Below are positions 59,567 through 64,000 of a stretch of 64,000 nucleotides of DNA, piece by piece; the first letter of the stretch is position 1; each line of letters begins with the position of its first letter. The notes under the pieces were generated by a model. It was not told the origin of the DNA. It made no database searches and saw only the letters and a list, made by a program, of their open reading frames with translations. Origin of the DNA: Azolla caroliniana (Eukaryota; Plantae; Polypodiophyta). The translations under genes were made by a program, and so were the position numbers. The DNA is taken from positions 3,286,001-3,350,000 of the forward strand of contig JBHGNT010000001.1 in NCBI GenBank assembly GCA_043228905.1. Direction: 5' to 3'.

Positions 59567-61170
59567 ATGAGATCTACTGAACTCTCTGATGATGAACTCG
59601 TAAGTTTCCTTCACGGATTATGAGTGCTTTGCATACAACATTTACATCAATTTAAACTGGCATCTGTCTGCAGAATTTGATGCTTCAAGGTGTAGAACAA
59701 CACTTTGGTTCGCCATTGGGAACTGAACGACAAGTACCTTTACCTGTGCCATTGGTAATTGTCATAAGTGGCTCTAGTGGCGTTGGGAAAGATGCTGTTA
59801 TTAAGGTACTCATGAACGAAGTGTATATGAATATATGTATTGTTTTTCCTCTTTGAACATATATTCTAGTGTAGTATTCTAAAAATTCATTTTGCATGCA
59901 ATTCATTGGCTACCGCATAAGCAGCCCTATATTTATAAGAAACTCAATGCTGTCAACGTGCTATCTAGAATAACAAGTTATCACCATGGAGTTACTTTTT
60001 GGGCATAAGGGAGCAGTCTAGTCTCATAAAGCTGTATATGCGTATTTTACAAGTGACCAATTGTTCTTATATCCAACATTCAGCATTTATCAGCTCACTG
60101 TTGTATGTGACATTTCTTGGTTAAAGGTTTTGACAACATATTCCCTTGTTATCTAAACATTGGACATGAGGATGTCTTGTGTTTGGATACACATTCATAC
60201 CATCATTGATCGTGAGCTTAGTTGGAATACATGTGTGTAACTTTTTTATGTATTGGCTGCTTTGATTTTGAAGAAGTTCAAACCAAATGAATCCAAGTTA
60301 TGTCAATAAAGATTTCTATTTAATTGACATGTTGCATTTCAATCACTTAAGGAACATAATCTTTCTTTTTTAATGAAAAGGTATTAACCTTAGAATATAA
60401 AAAAGAAAACATTCTTTAGACATGATGTAAATCTTTGCAACACAAACACAATCTGTCTGATTGTGTTAGCAGAGACTTCAAGAAGTCAGGAAAGACATAC
60501 ATTTCTCTATAACAATGACTACAAGGGAAAAAAGACCAGGCGAAGTCCATGGCAAAGATTACATGTTCATATCAAGAGAGGAATTTGAATTGATGATTCA
60601 CAATAATGAACTCCTTGAATATGCCCTTGTGTATGGAGAGTACAAAGGCATACCCAAAGATCAGGTAAGATTGTTATGTATGCATTTATAGTAGATATGC
60701 TTTAGGGAAATTAACCCCTCATTTTTTCCAAAAAATACCCTGACTATTTTTAAAAAAACCAAAAAGCAAACTTCTTATTTGCAAGGGGCATTTTCATAAC
60801 ATGTAAATTTACATATTTATAACTTTGCTAGATCCGAGAAAGCTTGGGGAGAGGTTTGAATGTGGTTCTGAGGCTTGATATTCAGGGTGCTGCAACGATG
60901 CGAAAGATACTTGGCTCCAATGCCATTTTCATTTATCTAGTAGCAGAAAGTGAGACAGCTCTTGTCAAGAGATTGATTCAAAGGAGAACAGAGACAAAAG
61001 ACAAGTTGTTGGAACGAATAACTGCAGCTAAAGATGAGCTCAACTATTTAAAAGACTTTGATTACGTTATTGTCAATGCTGACGGTAAACTGGACGAGTC
61101 TGTCTCTTTAATCTCTTCAATTATTGATGCTGAGAAAGCTTTTGTGCATCAGAAAGTAGCTCGCTTGTAG
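59567..61170 (+). CDS. Guanylate kinase, organellar (GK3/V2-like) type; N-terminus uncertain, with a possible upstream exon ending at 58919
   Basis: Exons at approx. 59567-59599, 59674-59805 ([19 protein letters not shown]-loop), 60473-60664 ([17 protein letters not shown]...[16 protein letters not shown]) and 60832-61170 ([12 protein letters not shown]...[12 protein letters not shown]). Confidence 0.9.
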
Positions 61171-61799
61171 ATTTAGCAGTTCTTATGAAAATTATAGTCA
61201 TAAAAGGCCAATCAAGTCATGATAAGTTACATATTCTGCTTGTACTGTCTCAACGCATCCCCTGTTTCGTCTTTTTGTGTAATATCAGAAAATAGCTTGT
61301 TTTTAATATCTTCTGCTTACTATCAGAAAACAATTAACTTTTAAAGAAAACGTAACTGTGTAATTTCAGTGAGAATCAATGCTTAAAGTGCATGTTCAGC
61401 ATTCCATTGAGGTGTGTTTTCTTGTAGATTTTTCAGTGGGCTATTTTACACAATCTTGAAAGATAGAGAGAAATGTCATAGAACATTAAAAATGTAGATC
61501 CGACCCAAATGTGTTCAATGATGCCTTTTAGAATAGGGGATATCTCATGGCTGCATTTGGAATCATCATACAAAACCTCAACTTTTGTTCATCCACGTCC
61601 TCTCAAAACCACGTACTCATGGAGATATATCCATTGTCTTCAATAGAGAATACTGAAGGTAATTAGACATGGCATGAGGCCAATCAGAAGATACATAGAA
61701 AACTAGTGGACATGTTAGCAAAGACAACTTTTACCAATAACTGCTTGGGATAACAATGGATTGCTGAAACATATTGATTCCTTGCAATGAGCATGCATT

Positions 61800-62900
61800 A
61801 TAGTAAAAGCAGGATTTCATTTAATGCCAAAGATCAAAGACATGGTTATTGTCATCACCATCTTCACCTATATTTTGAAGCTTCGAGATAAAGCTCATTT
61901 AATAATCATGGGGTAAGCAATTTGGAGCACATTATAATGTCATTGTTAAAGACCCATGACGATTGTTGGGCTATATTATTCTTGTAATTCATCCATGCAA
62001 TGTCACTTTGCTTTTGTGTAAATTATGCCACATGCTTAATTATGGATACAAGACTACATAAATTGACAAAGATAGCACATAAGTATTCAATTATGTTCAA
62101 ATCAGATATTGCCACTTGCGAAATCTTCAAACATAATATAACCATTGCTTAAAAACGAAATTATTGCCTTAGCCATGTAAAAAAGTATATTCTAATAAAA
62201 AGCATAGTGAGAACACATTATTAGAAGTGTTTTAAGTTTTCGTGCTTTTTCAATGATGGGATAAAACCTAATTTGTTATGTAACCTTCTCATGACATGGT
62301 AGGTTTACACTAATTTTCAAATCAAGAAGCGAATGATAAGTCCTAGACTTGTCATTCACTCGCATGCACTGTTTGTTTTGATGAACTTGATATCTATTTC
62401 AAAGCCTTATCTTTCAACAGTAACTCTCTTAAAACACTTCCTTCATATTGGACAACTGTAGACTTATTCACAAAAACATTTCAACGTGTATTGCATGTAT
62501 CACACCTATTAAATGTGAAACAGTCACCAATTTTAAACACTAAAGATTTGCAAGCTGAACCTACACATCCATTTCCCACTTCGAAATACAACTTTGATGT
62601 TCAAAACATTTGAACTGCACACCTTGGAACTACAAAACCTTATATCATGGTTTTTTCCACATACCACAAGTTGTAGAATGTAATAGGTTGCCTATCAAAT
62701 CCAAATTTTGGCACATTAGCTTAAGCAATCCAGTAAATGCAAAGGCATTCATTCCAATAATTGTAAAGCCCTTCATTTTTACCCTATTTAGATTTTTTTG
62801 CTTCTCACAAGCAAACATGGAAGGATTGTAATCATTGTAAAAGCCACAACTCCCAAAAACTCAATATCATTCTTTGATAACACCGCTTCAATGAATCATC
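61800..62900 (-). pseudogene. Possible highly decayed transposase-like coding remnant
   Basis: Broken minus-strand frames contain FTFNRCDTC (CxxC), then SIIKH..HKSKVTL and TRIIA...SKLL-like pieces in an order reminiscent of DUF7869-type TE proteins. Many stops; weak evidence. Confidence 0.25.
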
Positions 62901-64000
62901 TGCTAGGATGCAATAGATTGATATACAAGTTCTCATTGTCTAATCATGTGTTTTTAGGCATGTCATAATAAATAGTTGTTTTTAAATATTAACCTCCAAA
63001 GTCAAGATACTCAATAACCCATGTTCAATTCTTTTGCCATGAGTTGATTGATACACTAACAAGACAGATGAAGTTTTATTGGAGTACCGCAAAAAATGTG
63101 AAATAAGAAAAGTAAATATAATCATGCTACATTAAGAAGAAAAACTACGGGAAAAGTTCACAAAAAAAACATTAGAAGCAATTTTTCATGCTTACAAAAG
63201 ATGATACAAACACATAAAGAATAAACACATATTGGGCGTCCATGCTCAGACTTTCGTAGGTACACTTCCAATGAGCAGATACATATATTTAAGATTTCTA
63301 CCACAAAAATGAAAGAGAAAAAGAACAATTTCCAGTATAGCTAACAACAAGCATGGAGCAAATTAAATAGAACACATTCAACTTAACAGACATAAGAAAT
63401 GCATCTCTCTTGCAGATCATACTTCAAAATGTAAAGGCAGTTGTGAGATGGATCTTACTCCAAAAGTGGAATATAGCAAATCCAATAAGTAAAGCTGACA
63501 TGCATTCCGATGATTTCCGTGCATAAGATTGAACACAAGACAACGAAACAACTTCTTACATTTGTTGGCTTATATATCTCTTCTATCTCATTTATGATAT
63601 CATTGCAAACAAACACACTAACAACAGATGAAATAGAACAGATATACCAGCCCACAAACATATGAATTGCACTTTTCATATCACACGGTATATAATCATG
63701 CTCCTGAAGACAGAATGCACATTCATACCATGGATCTCACTCTATACGTAATATGGTAATTCAGAATAAAAAATGTGAATATGCATACTGGCATGCTTTC
63801 CATCAGACCCAGCAAAAAAATGAGGGAAATAAAGCATGAAAATTCTTGTTATCATCCAGGACAAGCACGAATGGAGCAGAATACAATGCCACAAATAGCA
63901 TGTCTGACATGACATACACTTGAACTTCTGAGGTGGGTATACATACTCATAAGATGGATCTCACTCCATAAGTCAGCTAATAAAAAATACTCAAGAGAAA

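Noticed and set aside
48199-61170. Functional gene cluster (PPR, ASR, carrier, guanylate kinase)
   Set aside because: Three products are probably organellar, but there is no shared pathway. Adjacency alone is ordinary in plant genomes.

Overview
Eukaryotic, AT-rich, intron-dense plant DNA, most likely from a fern or another seed-free land plant with flagellated sperm (inferred from gene content, not from a database hit). About 46 kb (452-46564, minus strand) is one axonemal inner-arm dynein heavy chain gene of the I1/f-beta type (DNAH2/DHC10-like). I traced about 72 exons by eye, found no frame break at the junctions checked, and three introns need GC donors. Its introns hold about 20 fragments of one RTEX-like non-LTR retrotransposon family and a nest made of a 5'-deleted Gypsy element and a Copia-like LTR. 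The right-hand part holds a single-exon PLS-class PPR gene, an ASR (ABA/WDS) gene, a mitochondrial carrier gene, an organellar-type guanylate kinase gene and a possible decayed transposase. The best candidate for an undescribed system is the LINE family. It has a canonical PCNA-binding PIP-box motif after its CCHC knuckle and a conserved 3' hairpin with a (TTTC)n tail. It also forms head-to-tail arrays, has minimal hairpin-plus-tail derivatives, and clusters in the dynein introns. Repeat boundaries are read by eye and are approximate.
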